DNA of 64,000 bases, from positions 42,884-106,883 of the forward strand of contig JAXMOL010000024.1 of assembly GCA_034669905.1 (NCBI GenBank). The letters run 5' to 3'. A program made the translations under genes and the position numbers. Of the stretch, positions 10,590 to 21,725 are shown piece after piece. The DNA is from Candidatus Hydrogenedentota bacterium. GTDB lineage: Bacteria > Hydrogenedentota > Hydrogenedentia > Hydrogenedentales > JAEUWI01. Within the stretch, counting starts at the first letter, position 1, and every line of letters starts with the position of its first letter. The notes under the pieces were generated by a model. It was given only the letters and a program-made list of their open reading frames with translations, was not told the DNA's origin and ran no database searches.

Positions 10590-11843
10590 TCAGGGATTTT
10601 CGCAGCCCGCCCCTACCGACGCCTGGGGCAGCTCCTGCGCTTCCCGATCGCGCACGCCGATAAGATAGAGAATCCCATCCAGCCCCACCGTGGACAGGGC
10701 GTGTTGCGCATGCTTTTTCACCAAGGGCTTCGCACGGAAAGCGATCCCAAGCCCCGCAAGTCGTAGCATGGGCAAATCGTTGGCCCCATCGCCAACGGCT
10801 ACCACCTGATTCAGGCTGATGTCCTCTTCCTCGGCGAGAAGGCGCAGGCACTCGGCTTTCTTGTCGCCATCGACAATATCACCGACAACGCCCCCGGTCA
10901 GTTTTCCATCGGCGATCTCGAGTTCATTGGCAAAGACATAGTCGACGCCGAGCTTCTTCTGCAGATAGTTTCCGAAGTAGGTGAATCCCCCCGAAATGAT
11001 GGCCGTCTTATAGCCCAGTTGATTCAGGGTACGCAATAGACGCTCGGCCCCGTCCGTAAGGGGCAGTTTTTCGGCGATTCCCGCCATGACCGACACATCC
11101 AACCCCTTGAGCAGGGCCAGGCGCCGGCGAAGACTCTCCTGGAAATCCAGTTCGCCCCGCATTGCGGCTTCGGTAATGGCAGATACCTCTTCCCCCACCC
11201 CGGCTGCAATTGCCAATTCATCAATCACCTCGGTCTGAATCAGCGTAGAATCCATATCGAAGGCCACGAGGCGACGGTGGCGGCGATACAAATCATCCGC
11301 CTGAAAGGCAATATCGATGCCCGTTTCATGGGAGAGTTCGAGAAAACGGGTGCGCAATGCGTCGGCGTCCTCGGCGATACCCCGCACCGACATCTCCACA
11401 CAGGCATAGGGGGCGCGGATTTCATCTTCCATAGGGATTCGCCCTGAAAGCCGATGGATAATATCGATATTCAGGCCGTGCATTGCCAGGAGTTCGGTTA
11501 CCGCGGCAATGTGCTCTGCCTCAAGCCGCTCTCCAAGCAGGGTGATAATATGGCGCGCTTTCCCCTGTTGCCGCACCCAGTTTTCGTACTCATCCAACGG
11601 GACCGCTTCAAACTGTATGTGCACATCCAATTCGTGGGCCTTGAACAGGAGATCTTTGAGAATGGGGGCCGAGTGGGCAGACTCGGGCACCCGCACCAAC
11701 ATGCCCAGGGACAACATCTTATGAATAACTGCCTGCCCGATGTCGAGGATAGTGACATCGTATTGGGCCAGAACGCTGCTGAGGGAGTGGGTTACGCCGG
11801 GGCGGTCCTCGCCATTGACGCTGATGAGGAAAATCTCGTGCAT
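10590..11843 (-). CDS. serB: Phosphoserine phosphatase with N-terminal ACT domains
   Basis: GEDRPG ACT motif, HAD motif FDMDSTL, ISGGF and GDGANDLPM. Confidence 0.95.
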   Translation of the reverse strand: MHEIFLISVNGEDRPGVTHSLSSVLAQYDVTILDIGQAVIHKMLSLGMLVRVPESAHSAPILKDLLFKAHELDVHIQFEAVPLDEYENWVRQQGKARHIITLLGERLEAEHIAAVTELLAMHGLNIDIIHRLSGRIPMEDEIRAPYACVEMSVRGIAEDADALRTRFLELSHETGIDIAFQADDLYRRHRRLVAFDMDSTLIQTEVIDELAIAAGVGEEVSAITEAAMRGELDFQESLRRRLALLKGLDVSVMAGIAEKLPLTDGAERLLRTLNQLGYKTAIISGGFTYFGNYLQKKLGVDYVFANELEIADGKLTGGVVGDIVDGDKKAECLRLLAEEEDISLNQVVAVGDGANDLPMLRLAGLGIAFRAKPLVKKHAQHALSTVGLDGILYLIGVRDREAQELPQASVGAGCENP

Positions 11844-11933
11844 GGATACTTCCAGAATGGGAAAGGCTGAGGGTAGGATGGTTGCGGCCCGTATGCTACG
11901 TGGGATCCCCCCTGAAATGCAAGATTTCGACGC

Positions 11934-12653
11934 CTAAAGCGCCTGCAATGCCTGCTCGATATTCTGATAGAGACGGGGTAACCACGGGGGCGAATCGGGC
12001 CCCGGAGCGGCCTGCTCCACCACAAGAAGGTCCACCGGGGCAATGATTACCGGCACGGTCCTGCCCACATCGACGACCAGGGTGAACAGCTCCTCGATGG
12101 CGGGATCACCCATCGCCAGGCAACCGACGGAGGCGGTCTGACCGTGGATATAGATGTCACTGCCCGGCTCGTGGCGCCCCTCCTCGCGGGCCCTTTCCTG
12201 ATCCCACGCATTGGGAAAATTCAGCCGCATGGAAACATAGAAGCGACTGTTGGGATTCAGCCTCTCAATTTCGTAGATCCCTTCGGGCACCTGACGATCG
12301 CCTTCCCGCAATTTGGGACCCAGTTTTCCACTTTGCCCAAGGACGGGATAATCCTTAACCCGCTGTAGGGCACCGTCCGAGGCTCCCGCAAAGACCGAAA
12401 GTCGCCGTTCGTCCTAGATTGCCACCAGGCACAGGCGCTCCGGCGGATAGGTCACGCCCGCCTCATCAAAATCCATCCTCAAACGGGAGCGCGCCGACGC
12501 ACCAAACTGCTCGAGTCGGCTCTGCACCGTTTCCTCCCCCTTAAGTCGCTGTATCACCGAAGTTCCGCTCCGCCGCAACGGGGCCTGAAAGACCACTCCT
12601 GCGAAGAGAAGCAACAGCAAGCCCCAGCGCATTCGCCCCCGCAGATATTTCAC
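11934..12653 (-). pseudogene. L,D-transpeptidase family (YafK/DpaA-like) protein interrupted by an in-frame TAG at 12414-12416
   Basis: GTG at 12653 overlaps the upstream TGA (GTGA). The frame reads ...CLVAI*DERRLSVF...GPKLREGDRQVPEGIY...IYIHG...SVGCLAM continuously through one stop. Confidence 0.8.
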
Positions 12654-13117
12654 AATCCATCCGCCAGACCAAACTGCTTCATATGGTGCGTAAAGTGGCG
12701 CCGGTGAAACAGCTGCCATTGCCCCGGTGTCAGCGGACCAAAGAATGGATGCATCCGGGTCGGCAATTCGGGCGCACCAAGACGTGCGACATAGGTATCG
12801 ACCGTGTCCTGAAAGGTTTCCAGTGTCACGACCGGAAAGAGCATTTCCTGGGACACCCCTTCGGGGCGCGGCAGTTTGATGCCCCGTGGGATCTCCCGGA
12901 GCCCATAAAGGACCACGTGTCGGAAGATATGTTTTGTCTTGAAGTTTCCCCGAAAGGGCATCTCGGGACCTTGCCCCAAGGTATAGTTCAATGTCTGGTT
13001 GAGGTGTCCAAGTACCTGGCCCCGGGTCATCTCCCCCCACTCGGGTGTCACATCCTCTGCGAGACTTGCGAAACGTCCCTTTGCCAACTCGCCGAATGCC
13101 CTGTCGAATCGTTTCAT
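12650..13117 (-). CDS. DUF1569/DinB-like protein
   Basis: ATG at 13117 after AAGGA; WGEMTRGQVLGHL and HPFFGPLTPGQW...HFTHHMKQFG motifs. Confidence 0.8.
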   Translation of the reverse strand: MKRFDRAFGELAKGRFASLAEDVTPEWGEMTRGQVLGHLNQTLNYTLGQGPEMPFRGNFKTKHIFRHVVLYGLREIPRGIKLPRPEGVSQEMLFPVVTLETFQDTVDTYVARLGAPELPTRMHPFFGPLTPGQWQLFHRRHFTHHMKQFGLADGL

Positions 13118-13249
13118 CTTCGTTTCCTTACGTGTAAGGCCTCCTGAGCCCAGGTCAGCCCATTGTAAGGCGGGAGACAACGGCCATTGCAAGTACAGCA
13201 AGTGTACCGCTTCATTGCGCGTTGGCAACGCCCCTGCTAAAATGCGGCG

Positions 13250-14458
13250 ATGAATTCCTTTCGCCTTGAAATCACCCCGGCCCTCGCCCGGCACATGTCC
13301 TACGACAAATTCCCCAACCGCCCGGTTCGTATGCTCGTCCTGGAAGGGAACTACTGGGTCGATCAGGCCTGCGCGCGGGCGGCACGGGCCATGGGATGGC
13401 AGGTCCAGTGTGTTCCGGTAAAGATGATCGGGATTATGCCCCGGGAGATGCTGAAGGACCTCTTTGAGGCCATCGTCACCCACCAGCCCGACTTTGTCTT
13501 GTCGGTCAATCTCAGTGGGATGGATGTGGAAGGGATGTTGGCCCACTTCCTGGCCGATTTGCAGGTACCCCACGCCACCTGGTTTGTGGATGGTCCCCGG
13601 GCCATCATGGCAGGCAATCTCTCCTCGGTAACCCCCTACTCCGTCGCCATGACCTGGGAACCCGCCTATGTCCCCTTCCTGGAATCCTGCGGATTCGCCG
13701 ATGTGTTCGTGGCGCCCCTGGCGGTCGATGAAACCCTCTTCCTGCAAGCCCCCTTTCGAAACCACATCCATCCGCCCACCTTTGTGGGCGATTCCATGAT
13801 TCATCATGCCGAAAAGGAATGGGCAATCATCCGGGAGAATGAATCGCTGAAAGACGCGGTTGAAGCCGCCTTTGACGCTGGACGGGTCGACCGGACCCAT
13901 TTCGCTGACGGGGTCCATGCCGTGCTGGGTGAAGGAGCTCCCGCCCTGGATGCCGACGCCTTGTACCACGCCGAACGCATCTTCTTTATCGACGGCACCC
14001 GCCGGCTGCGCCGTGCCCTGGTGGAAACCCTGGCCCCCGAAGGTCTTCACGTGCGGGGCGACGTCTATTGGCAGTCCATTACCCCCCAGTGGGGGGAGCC
14101 GGTGAAGTATGAAACTGAGCTTCCGGCCTTCTACCGCGACTGTCCGGTCAATCTGAATACCACCAGCGTACAGATGGCGACTACGGTTAACCAGCGGGTC
14201 TTTGACTGCCCCACGGCCGGCGGCTTTCTCCTGACCGATGAGCAGGCCCATCTTCATGAGCTCTTTGACGTTGAGCGCGACATTGCGACCTACCGCACGT
14301 TGGAAGAAGCCCGGGAAAAGATGCAATGGTTCCTCGCCCACCCCCTGGCCCGCAAGGAATTCATCGAGCGTGGCCAGAAACGCATTCTCGGGGAACATAC
14401 CTACACCCACCGGCTCAACGCCATTGTCGCGCGACTCAAAGAGCGCTTCGGCACCTGA
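13250..14458 (+). CDS. CgeB-like glycosyltransferase (Glyco_trans_1_2)
   Basis: VNQRVFDCPTAGGFLLTD and EHTYTHRL motifs. Confidence 0.8.
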   Translation: MNSFRLEITPALARHMSYDKFPNRPVRMLVLEGNYWVDQACARAARAMGWQVQCVPVKMIGIMPREMLKDLFEAIVTHQPDFVLSVNLSGMDVEGMLAHFLADLQVPHATWFVDGPRAIMAGNLSSVTPYSVAMTWEPAYVPFLESCGFADVFVAPLAVDETLFLQAPFRNHIHPPTFVGDSMIHHAEKEWAIIRENESLKDAVEAAFDAGRVDRTHFADGVHAVLGEGAPALDADALYHAERIFFIDGTRRLRRALVETLAPEGLHVRGDVYWQSITPQWGEPVKYETELPAFYRDCPVNLNTTSVQMATTVNQRVFDCPTAGGFLLTDEQAHLHELFDVERDIATYRTLEEAREKMQWFLAHPLARKEFIERGQKRILGEHTYTHRLNAIVARLKERFGT

Positions 14459-14469
14459 GCCCCGCCACG

Positions 14470-14500
14470 AAAAAGCCCCGCTCCCGGAGGAGCGAGGCGT
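14470..14500. terminator. Hairpin between convergent genes, probable terminator
   Basis: AAAAGCCCCGCTCC-CGGA-GGAGCGAGGC between the glycosyltransferase and typA stop codons. Confidence 0.55.
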
Positions 14501-14533
14501 GTGTTCTCTTTGCAGGGTGTCGGTTTCGGCCAA

Positions 14534-16429
14534 CTAGACCGTGGCGGTCCGACGTTTTTCGTCCCGTTTGCGCTCTTCCGCGTTCAACACGGCCTTACGC
14601 ACCCGGATGCCTTTGGGGGTAATTTCCACCAGCTCGTCGGGGGCAATCCACTCCAAGGCGGTATCGAGGGTAAGTTCCCGGGGAACTTCCAGGCCGGCGC
14701 TGTGGTCTTTACCGGAGGCACGGTGGTTGGTGAGGGCCTTCTTTTTGGTCGGCTTGCAGGGCATGTCGCCCGGGCGGGAATACTCGCCGATGATCATTCC
14801 TTCATAGACACCCACCATGGAGCCGATAAAGAGGGTGCCACGCTGCTGGAGGTTTTCCAGGCTGTAGGTGGTGCTCTGCCCCGTTTCCATGCTGATCATA
14901 GAGCCGCGCTTCCGCGTGACCACATCGCCGCACCAGGGGCCGTAGCCTTCAAAGCGGGAGGCCATAATCCCCAAACCGCGGGTATCGGTGAGGAACTCAC
15001 CGCGATAGCCAATGAGGCCACGGGTAGGAATACGGAACTCCAGGCGCACAATGCCCGATTCTTCGGTATGCATGTGGGCCAACTCGCCCTTACGGGCCGC
15101 CAGCTTCTCAATGACCACCCCCTGGAATTCCCCAGGCGTGTCCACGGTCAGCATTTCGATGGGTTCCAGGGGCTTGCCGTTCTCATCCCGGTGAATAATC
15201 ACCTCCGGGGGGGAAACGCAGAGCTCCATACCTTCGCGACGCATTTCCTCCAGAAGAATGGCCAGGTGGAGTTCGCCGCGGCCGGAAACCTTGAGGGCGT
15301 CGCCCCGTTCGGTTTCTTCCACGCGCAGGGCCACATTGGTGCGCATTTCGCGCTCCAAACGCTCTGCGATCTTACGCAGGGTAACCGCTTCACCTTCCTG
15401 TCCGGAGAAGGGCCCGTTGTTCATCATGAAATTCATGGAAACAGTGGGCTCTTCAATTTCCAGCGGGTGAAGAACGTTATCCAGGTCTTCGTCTGAGAAG
15501 GTATCGCCAATATTGATTTCAGCCGGACCCGCGATCGTCACAATGTCGCCCGCCTGCACAATGTCCACCGCTTCGCTTTCCAAGCCCCGGGTCACCCAGA
15601 GGTAGGTACACTTCTCGGTTTTGTCGCTGGTGATGTCCCACTCACGTTCGTTGTGAAAATCATCGTGGTGCGCCAGTTTCTCACCAATCCACTCGGTGGA
15701 TACGCGGCGGAACTTATCGCCCTTACGCAGGCTTCCCTGCAAAACCCGACCCATTCCCGTACGACCAATGTGGTCACGCCAGCCAATGGTGCTGACCTGC
15801 ATGAGGAAAGGCGCTTCGGGATCACCGGAGGGCGCGGGCACTTCTTTGATGATGGTTTCGAAGAGCGCTTCCATGCCTTCATGGGCGTCGTCTTCCAGGT
15901 CACGCACCAACCAGCCTGCCAGGCCGGAACCGTAGAGTACCGGGAAGTCACACTGCTCATCCGTCGCACCCAGTTCCACAAAGAGATCGAAGGTCTTGTC
16001 CAGTGCGATGTCGGGCTGCGCCTGGGGACGGTCCACTTTGTTGACGATAACGATGGGGCGGTAGCCCAGGCGAAGGGCCCGCGTCAGTACATAGCGGGTC
16101 TGGGGCATGGGGCCTTCATTGGCATCCACCAACAGCAACACGGAGTCGACCATCGACAGGGTCCGCTCTACTTCACCGGAGAAATCCGCGTGGCCGGGCG
16201 TGTCAATAATGTTAATGGTGTAGTCTTCCCACGCCACCGTGCAGTGCTTCGCCCGGATGGTGATACCCCGTTCCCGCTCCAGTTCGTTATTGTCCATAAC
16301 CCGCTCTGTCACCGCTTCATTCTCACGGTACACCTGGGTGGCCCCGAATATACTGTCGATCAGGGTCGTCTTACCGTGGTCAATGTGCGCGATAATCGCA
16401 AGGTTACGGATCTTTTCTATGGTACTCAT
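14534..16429 (-). CDS. typA: Translational GTPase TypA/BipA
   Basis: [44 protein letters not shown] and ELVEITP; ATG at 16429 (MSTIEK). Confidence 0.95.
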   Translation of the reverse strand: MSTIEKIRNLAIIAHIDHGKTTLIDSIFGATQVYRENEAVTERVMDNNELERERGITIRAKHCTVAWEDYTINIIDTPGHADFSGEVERTLSMVDSVLLLVDANEGPMPQTRYVLTRALRLGYRPIVIVNKVDRPQAQPDIALDKTFDLFVELGATDEQCDFPVLYGSGLAGWLVRDLEDDAHEGMEALFETIIKEVPAPSGDPEAPFLMQVSTIGWRDHIGRTGMGRVLQGSLRKGDKFRRVSTEWIGEKLAHHDDFHNEREWDITSDKTEKCTYLWVTRGLESEAVDIVQAGDIVTIAGPAEINIGDTFSDEDLDNVLHPLEIEEPTVSMNFMMNNGPFSGQEGEAVTLRKIAERLEREMRTNVALRVEETERGDALKVSGRGELHLAILLEEMRREGMELCVSPPEVIIHRDENGKPLEPIEMLTVDTPGEFQGVVIEKLAARKGELAHMHTEESGIVRLEFRIPTRGLIGYRGEFLTDTRGLGIMASRFEGYGPWCGDVVTRKRGSMISMETGQSTTYSLENLQQRGTLFIGSMVGVYEGMIIGEYSRPGDMPCKPTKKKALTNHRASGKDHSAGLEVPRELTLDTALEWIAPDELVEITPKGIRVRKAVLNAEERKRDEKRRTATV

Positions 16430-16716
16430 GAACGGAACTTCTCCTGAGTCTTCCGGCACCACACCTGTGGCGTAGCTCGGAAAACCGGGTGTTAGGGTAC
16501 GATGGCTGGGGAGCCGACTGTCGCTGATTGCTCCCACGAAAGGCAGGGATCGGGCGTGTAGAAAACGCAAATGGACGCACTACGAGTCCCGGAATTGTAC
16601 CTGCTGATCATAGTAAATGGCAAGTTTTTACGGGGGGATATTGGGGCAATACGATTGCAGTATTGTTCGGGAAAATCGCCTCAAGTCGCCCCAAACCCGG
16701 CCCTGGGCCCCCGGCA

Positions 16717-18147
16717 CTACGCCAGAATGTCCCGAACCACGTGGCCGTGCACATCGGTGAGCCGGTAATCGCGCCCCTGATGACGGAAAATAAGCCGCTC
16801 GTGATCCAGGCCCAGCAAATGCAGCATCGTGGCATTTAAATCGTGGACATGAACGGGGTTGGTGGCCACGTTATAGCAATAGTCGTCGGTTTCGCCATAG
16901 GTCAGGCCGCCCTTCACCCCCCCGCCCGCCATCATCACGGAGAAGCAACGCCCGTGGTGGTCACGGCCGTAATTCTCCGCACTGAGTCCGCCCTGGCAGT
17001 AAGAAGTCCGCCCGAACTCGCCGCCCCAGATGATCAGGGTGTCATCGAGAAGGCCCCGCTGCTTCAGGTCGCGGATGAGCCCCGCCGTGGGCTGATCCAC
17101 ATCCCCGCATTGGAGGGCAAGGTCTTTGGGGAGGTTCCCGTGTTGATCCCAGCCACGATGATAGAGCTGGATGAAGCGCACGTCCCGCTCCGCCAGGCGG
17201 CGGGCAAGAAGGCAATTCGCCGCGAAACTCCCCCGTCGATGGACCTCCGGGCCATACATGTCGAGAACAGATTGGGGCTCCCCCGAGATATCGGCCAGCT
17301 CAGGCACGGAAAACTGCATGCGATAGGCCATTTCATACTGGGCGATGCGGGCATTGATCTCCGGGTCGGCGAACTCGTCGAATTGAGCCTGGTTCAGCGC
17401 CGCTGTTGCATCAAGCATGCGTCTGCGGGCCGTGTCGTTAACGCCGGGCGGATTGGCGAGATAGAGCACGGGGTCACCACTCGGACGAAGCGTGGTGCCC
17501 TGGTGTTCGGAGGGCAGGAATCCAGCGCCCCACAGGTTCTGACGAAGGGGTTGGGCGGGCCGACCGGAGCTGCCCATGGATACCAACACAACGAATCCCG
17601 GCAGGTCCTGGTTTGCGTTGCCCAGCCCATAACTCATCCAGGCACCGAAGGAAGGACGGCCCGGCTGCTGGCTTCCCGTCTGCATAAAGGTCATGCCGGG
17701 GTCGTGGTTAATGGCTTCCGTGTGCATGGACCGGATGATGCAAAGATCGTCGGCCATTTCGCCCATATGGGGCAACAACTCGCTCATCCACTGGCCACTC
17801 GCCCCCTTCTGCGCAAAGGAAAACCGGGAGGCGGCCACGGGGAAGGCGCTCTGGCCGGACGTCATGGTGGTGAGGCGCTGTCCCTGCCGAACAGACGGCG
17901 GCAGCTCCGAGCCGTGAAACTTCGTCAGGGAGGGCTTGTAGTCGAAGAGCTCCATCTGGGAGGGGCCACCCGATTGGAAGAGGTAGATCACCCGTTTGGC
18001 CTTCGCCACGTGCCGGGTAGGCGTGCCCGCCCCCCACGCGGGGCCGCCCAGTAAGGCACCGAGGGCCGCCACGCCAATACCGGCACTGGAACAGCCGAAA
18101 AATTGTCGTCGGGTTAGGAGCTGTTCGTGTGCTTGTCGGGGGTCCAT
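16717..18147 (-). CDS. DUF1501 protein with Tat signal
   Basis: TRRQFF, AKRVIYLFQSGGPSQ, GWDQH, GEFGRT and GRDHH. Confidence 0.9.
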   Translation of the reverse strand: MDPRQAHEQLLTRRQFFGCSSAGIGVAALGALLGGPAWGAGTPTRHVAKAKRVIYLFQSGGPSQMELFDYKPSLTKFHGSELPPSVRQGQRLTTMTSGQSAFPVAASRFSFAQKGASGQWMSELLPHMGEMADDLCIIRSMHTEAINHDPGMTFMQTGSQQPGRPSFGAWMSYGLGNANQDLPGFVVLVSMGSSGRPAQPLRQNLWGAGFLPSEHQGTTLRPSGDPVLYLANPPGVNDTARRRMLDATAALNQAQFDEFADPEINARIAQYEMAYRMQFSVPELADISGEPQSVLDMYGPEVHRRGSFAANCLLARRLAERDVRFIQLYHRGWDQHGNLPKDLALQCGDVDQPTAGLIRDLKQRGLLDDTLIIWGGEFGRTSYCQGGLSAENYGRDHHGRCFSVMMAGGGVKGGLTYGETDDYCYNVATNPVHVHDLNATMLHLLGLDHERLIFRHQGRDYRLTDVHGHVVRDILA

Positions 18148-18167
18148 GGCCTTGGTCCTGTACGTCG

Positions 18168-21100
18168 TTAAAATTGGCTGACCGCAGCATCGGTGTTAAG
18201 GAGGGCGCTGGCGACCATTGTCCAAGTCGCAAGCTCGACGGGGTCAAGCTCCTGGTTGTATGTTGATTCGCCCGTTTCCACGAGTGCCCGGGCAGCCGCG
18301 GGGTCGCTACGGTAGTCGGCCTGTTGCGCTTCAACAAGTCGACGAAGGGCGGATGCCTCGGCGGCGCGCGGTGAACGGGAAAGCACGAGCATAGTGGCGT
18401 GGGCAATACGTTCCCCCGTGTCCGATCCCGCCTCTTCCATAACGCGGCTGGCGATGGCGCGGGCTGCTTCGACATATTGAATGTCATTCATCAGGACAAG
18501 CGCCTGAAGGGGCGTGTTGCTCTGGCCGCGCTGGGCCGTACAGACATCCCGATTGGGCGCATCAAAGAGCAGCATGCCCGGTGGCGCGGCCGCACGCTTC
18601 CAGAAGGTGTAGAGACTCCTTCGATACAGGGCGCTGCCATGCTCCTGAATATACTCCTGGGCCGTGTAGCGCAGTCCCCCACCCCCATAGGCCACGTCCC
18701 GCCAGAGCCCTTCGGGCTGATAGGGCTTCACACTCGGGCCACCCAGCACTTCCACGAGAAGTCCGCTTGCGGCCAAAGCACTGTCCCGGATTTGCTCGGC
18801 CTCCAGACGATACCGGGGCCCCCGGGCCAGGAGTCTATTCTCGGGATCGCGGTCTGCCAACTCGGTACGGATTCGGGAGGCCTGGCGGTAGGTGGCCGAC
18901 GTCACAATAAGCCGTTCCAGGGCCTTACTGTCCCAGCCGGACTCGATGAAGGAGCGGGCCAGCCAGTCGAGTAATTCGGGATGGCTGGGCCGTTCGCCTT
19001 GTACCCCGAAGTCATCGGAGGTCTTCACGAGGCCCACACCAAAGTAGCGCTGCCACGCCCGATTCACCGCGACCCGCGCCGTGAGAGGATTCTCGTCCGC
19101 CACCAGCCACTGGGCGAGGCCCAGGCGATTGGGCGGCGCCCCTGCGGGCCAGTCGTTGAGGGCGGCGGGCACCGCCGGCTCAACCAGATCACCCAGCTGA
19201 TCATATTCACCCCGAATGAGGATGTGGGTCGGGCGCACCTCCGCGCGGTCCTCCATGACCATGGTCGTCGGAATCGCCTTCTCCAATTCGCCCTGTGCCC
19301 AGCGAAGCTCCTGCTCTTTCTCGTAGAGGGGTGCCCCGTCCGGCCAGTGGCGGCTTCGGTAGTGGCCGCGCAGCAAGGCAACCTCCTCCTCGCCCCGCGC
19401 GGACACTTCACGAAGTAGCGCGGCTTCGACGGACAGCGAAAACCTGCCCAGTTCTTCGCCACGTCGCGCGAAGAAGAAGGTCGGCGCATTAAAATCGTAG
19501 TAGTCGACGGTCTTCATGAGCAGGGAATTCTCCCCCTCCCGCAAGTCAATCGTCACGGGAGATGGATGGGCTCCCACCTCACCCCGCTGGGCCGCTTTGT
19601 CGAAGACCAAACGTCCATTCACCCACAGGCGCACGGCGTTCCGGTTATCAAGAGAGAGGTCCATGCTTCGGGGTGACGCGGCAGTGACGACGCGATAAAA
19701 GTAGTTCGCGCAATTCTTTCCGTCGACACGATGGGCTACTCCATCGGGAAGGCCGCCCTCGGGCACTTTCCACCGGGCCGCGCCGTCGCCATCGGTCTCC
19801 GCGAGGTTAAGGTGCTGCGGGTCGACGTGTTCGGTGTTGAGGGCCTCATCACCGCTTTTCGCTACATGGGGGCCATTGACATGCCAGGGGCCCAGGGATG
19901 CGGGCAGGTACGCGGGCTCGTTCGTGAGTCGTAGCCGCAGTCGACTGGCCACGGCTGGAAGTGCGGTGCCCTGCACCACGATGCGGATTCGGGTACGCTC
20001 GGCAAGCCCCATGACCTGGCCCAGGGAGAGTATGGCAACGTCATGGGTATTCCCTCGCCACACCTTTTCGGCGTCGCCGTCAATCAGGCGATTTCCCTCG
20101 GGCGTCGATGCAGTCACCTGCACAAAAGAAACGGGAACCTCCTCCCCCGACGGGGACGTGACAAAGAGGGCGATTTCCGAAAGGGCCACGGGAGTGGCGG
20201 TTCCGCCTTCGCCGACCTCCGGGAGCACGTCGAGACGGAGCGCGGTGACCGTCGTCAACGCCGTTGCTCCGTAGAGGGTGAGTGTTGATGGGTCTTGAGC
20301 TCCAGCGGGCGGTACTGCGACGGCTTCCATGGCCCGCCATTGCTCCGACACGGCCCCACGCGCCCCCACTTCCCAGTCTCGTTGCGCCGCATCCACCTCA
20401 GGAATGGGGCGTAGCATCTCTTCCTTTAGGGCTGCGAGCTTGCGCGCCAATCGTGCTGTCTCTTCTTCTTGCTCGGGGAGTGGTGCCTTGATTCGGGGCA
20501 GGGAATTGCCATCGAGTTCCGTACCGAAGAGTTTGGATTCCTCTTCCGTCCCGTTGTTGAAGAAGGCGTAGAATTCGTAGAACTCCCGCTGGCTGATCGG
20601 GTCGTACTTGTGGTCGTGACACTGGGCGCACTTCATCGTGAGGCCCAACCACGTCGTGGCCGTGGTGTGACTTCGGTCCACCACATTCTCCACGCGGTAC
20701 TCTTCAAATATGGCCCCGCCCTCCATCATGATGGGGTGGTTCCGGTTGAAGCCCGTGGCGATGCGCTGGGCCAACGATGGCTTGGGGAGAAGGTCGCCCG
20801 CCAGTTGCTCGATGGTGAACTGGTCAAAGGGCATGTTGTCGTTGAAGGCGTCGATGACCCAATCGCGGTAGCGCCACATGGTCCGCTCAATATCGGCCGC
20901 GTAGCCGTTTGTATCGGCGTAACGGGCGAGGTCAAGCCAGTAACGGGCCCGATGTTCCCCGTAACGCGGCGAGGCCAACAAGCGCTCCACCAGCGCGCCG
21001 TAGGCATTCGGATCCGGGTCCTTCACAAAGGCGTCCACCTCGGCGGGCGACGGTGGCAGGCCCGTCAGGTCCAGACTCAGCCGCCGTATGAGGGTGTAGC

Positions 21101-21644
21101 GGTCCGCCTCCGGGGAAGGTGCAATGTCTTCCGCCTCGAGGCGCGCCAGGACGAAGTTGTCGATAGGGTTGCGCGGCCAGATCCCGTCGCGTACGGGCGG
21201 GGCAGCGGGCAAGGCGGGTGGAATAAAGGCCCAATGGGCTTCCCAGGGGGCCCCCTGGGCAATCCATTGGCGGAGCAGGTCGCGCTCTTTCGCCGACAGG
21301 GACTTCCCTGTCTCCGGCGGGGGCATTTGCTCCTCGGGGTCGTCGCTGAGGATGCGCTTCATCAGGGCGCTGGCATCGGGGTTTCCCGGGATAATGGCCG
21401 TCTCGCCGGAGGGCAATACCGACGTGGCCTCCCCTTCTTTGTCCAGGCGAAGACCCGCTTTTCGCGGTGGTGCATCGGGACCGTGGCAGGCAAAGCACTT
21501 GGTGGAGAGCATGGGCACAATGTCGCGGTTGAAGGCGACGGGCGCTGTATTGGCGTCAGGATCCGCCGAGGCGCAGGGGCCGAACGAGATCCCAATCAGG
21601 GCGGCGGCGATCCAACGCATACTTTGTGTACGACATGACGGCAT
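18168..21644 (-). CDS. Planctomycete cytochrome c / DUF1549 / DUF1553 (PSD1) protein
   Basis: CFACHG and CAQCHDHKYDP heme motifs, WLDLARYADT, PSHPELLDWLA and NTPLQAL. Confidence 0.9.
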   Translation of the reverse strand: MPSCRTQSMRWIAAALIGISFGPCASADPDANTAPVAFNRDIVPMLSTKCFACHGPDAPPRKAGLRLDKEGEATSVLPSGETAIIPGNPDASALMKRILSDDPEEQMPPPETGKSLSAKERDLLRQWIAQGAPWEAHWAFIPPALPAAPPVRDGIWPRNPIDNFVLARLEAEDIAPSPEADRYTLIRRLSLDLTGLPPSPAEVDAFVKDPDPNAYGALVERLLASPRYGEHRARYWLDLARYADTNGYAADIERTMWRYRDWVIDAFNDNMPFDQFTIEQLAGDLLPKPSLAQRIATGFNRNHPIMMEGGAIFEEYRVENVVDRSHTTATTWLGLTMKCAQCHDHKYDPISQREFYEFYAFFNNGTEEESKLFGTELDGNSLPRIKAPLPEQEEETARLARKLAALKEEMLRPIPEVDAAQRDWEVGARGAVSEQWRAMEAVAVPPAGAQDPSTLTLYGATALTTVTALRLDVLPEVGEGGTATPVALSEIALFVTSPSGEEVPVSFVQVTASTPEGNRLIDGDAEKVWRGNTHDVAILSLGQVMGLAERTRIRIVVQGTALPAVASRLRLRLTNEPAYLPASLGPWHVNGPHVAKSGDEALNTEHVDPQHLNLAETDGDGAARWKVPEGGLPDGVAHRVDGKNCANYFYRVVTAASPRSMDLSLDNRNAVRLWVNGRLVFDKAAQRGEVGAHPSPVTIDLREGENSLLMKTVDYYDFNAPTFFFARRGEELGRFSLSVEAALLREVSARGEEEVALLRGHYRSRHWPDGAPLYEKEQELRWAQGELEKAIPTTMVMEDRAEVRPTHILIRGEYDQLGDLVEPAVPAALNDWPAGAPPNRLGLAQWLVADENPLTARVAVNRAWQRYFGVGLVKTSDDFGVQGERPSHPELLDWLARSFIESGWDSKALERLIVTSATYRQASRIRTELADRDPENRLLARGPRYRLEAEQIRDSALAASGLLVEVLGGPSVKPYQPEGLWRDVAYGGGGLRYTAQEYIQEHGSALYRRSLYTFWKRAAAPPGMLLFDAPNRDVCTAQRGQSNTPLQALVLMNDIQYVEAARAIASRVMEEAGSDTGERIAHATMLVLSRSPRAAEASALRRLVEAQQADYRSDPAAARALVETGESTYNQELDPVELATWTMVASALLNTDAAVSQF

Positions 21645-21725
21645 AAACGAAATCCCGGGCCAATGACGGCCCCTTGATGATGCTCTCGCTTATCTTATGC
21701 CATACATCCGGAGCGAACAAGTCGC

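Noticed and set aside
12414..12416. Pyrrolysine or genome-wide amber recoding
   Set aside because: TAG is the normal stop of intact genes here (typA, vapC, integrase) and no pyl genes are seen.
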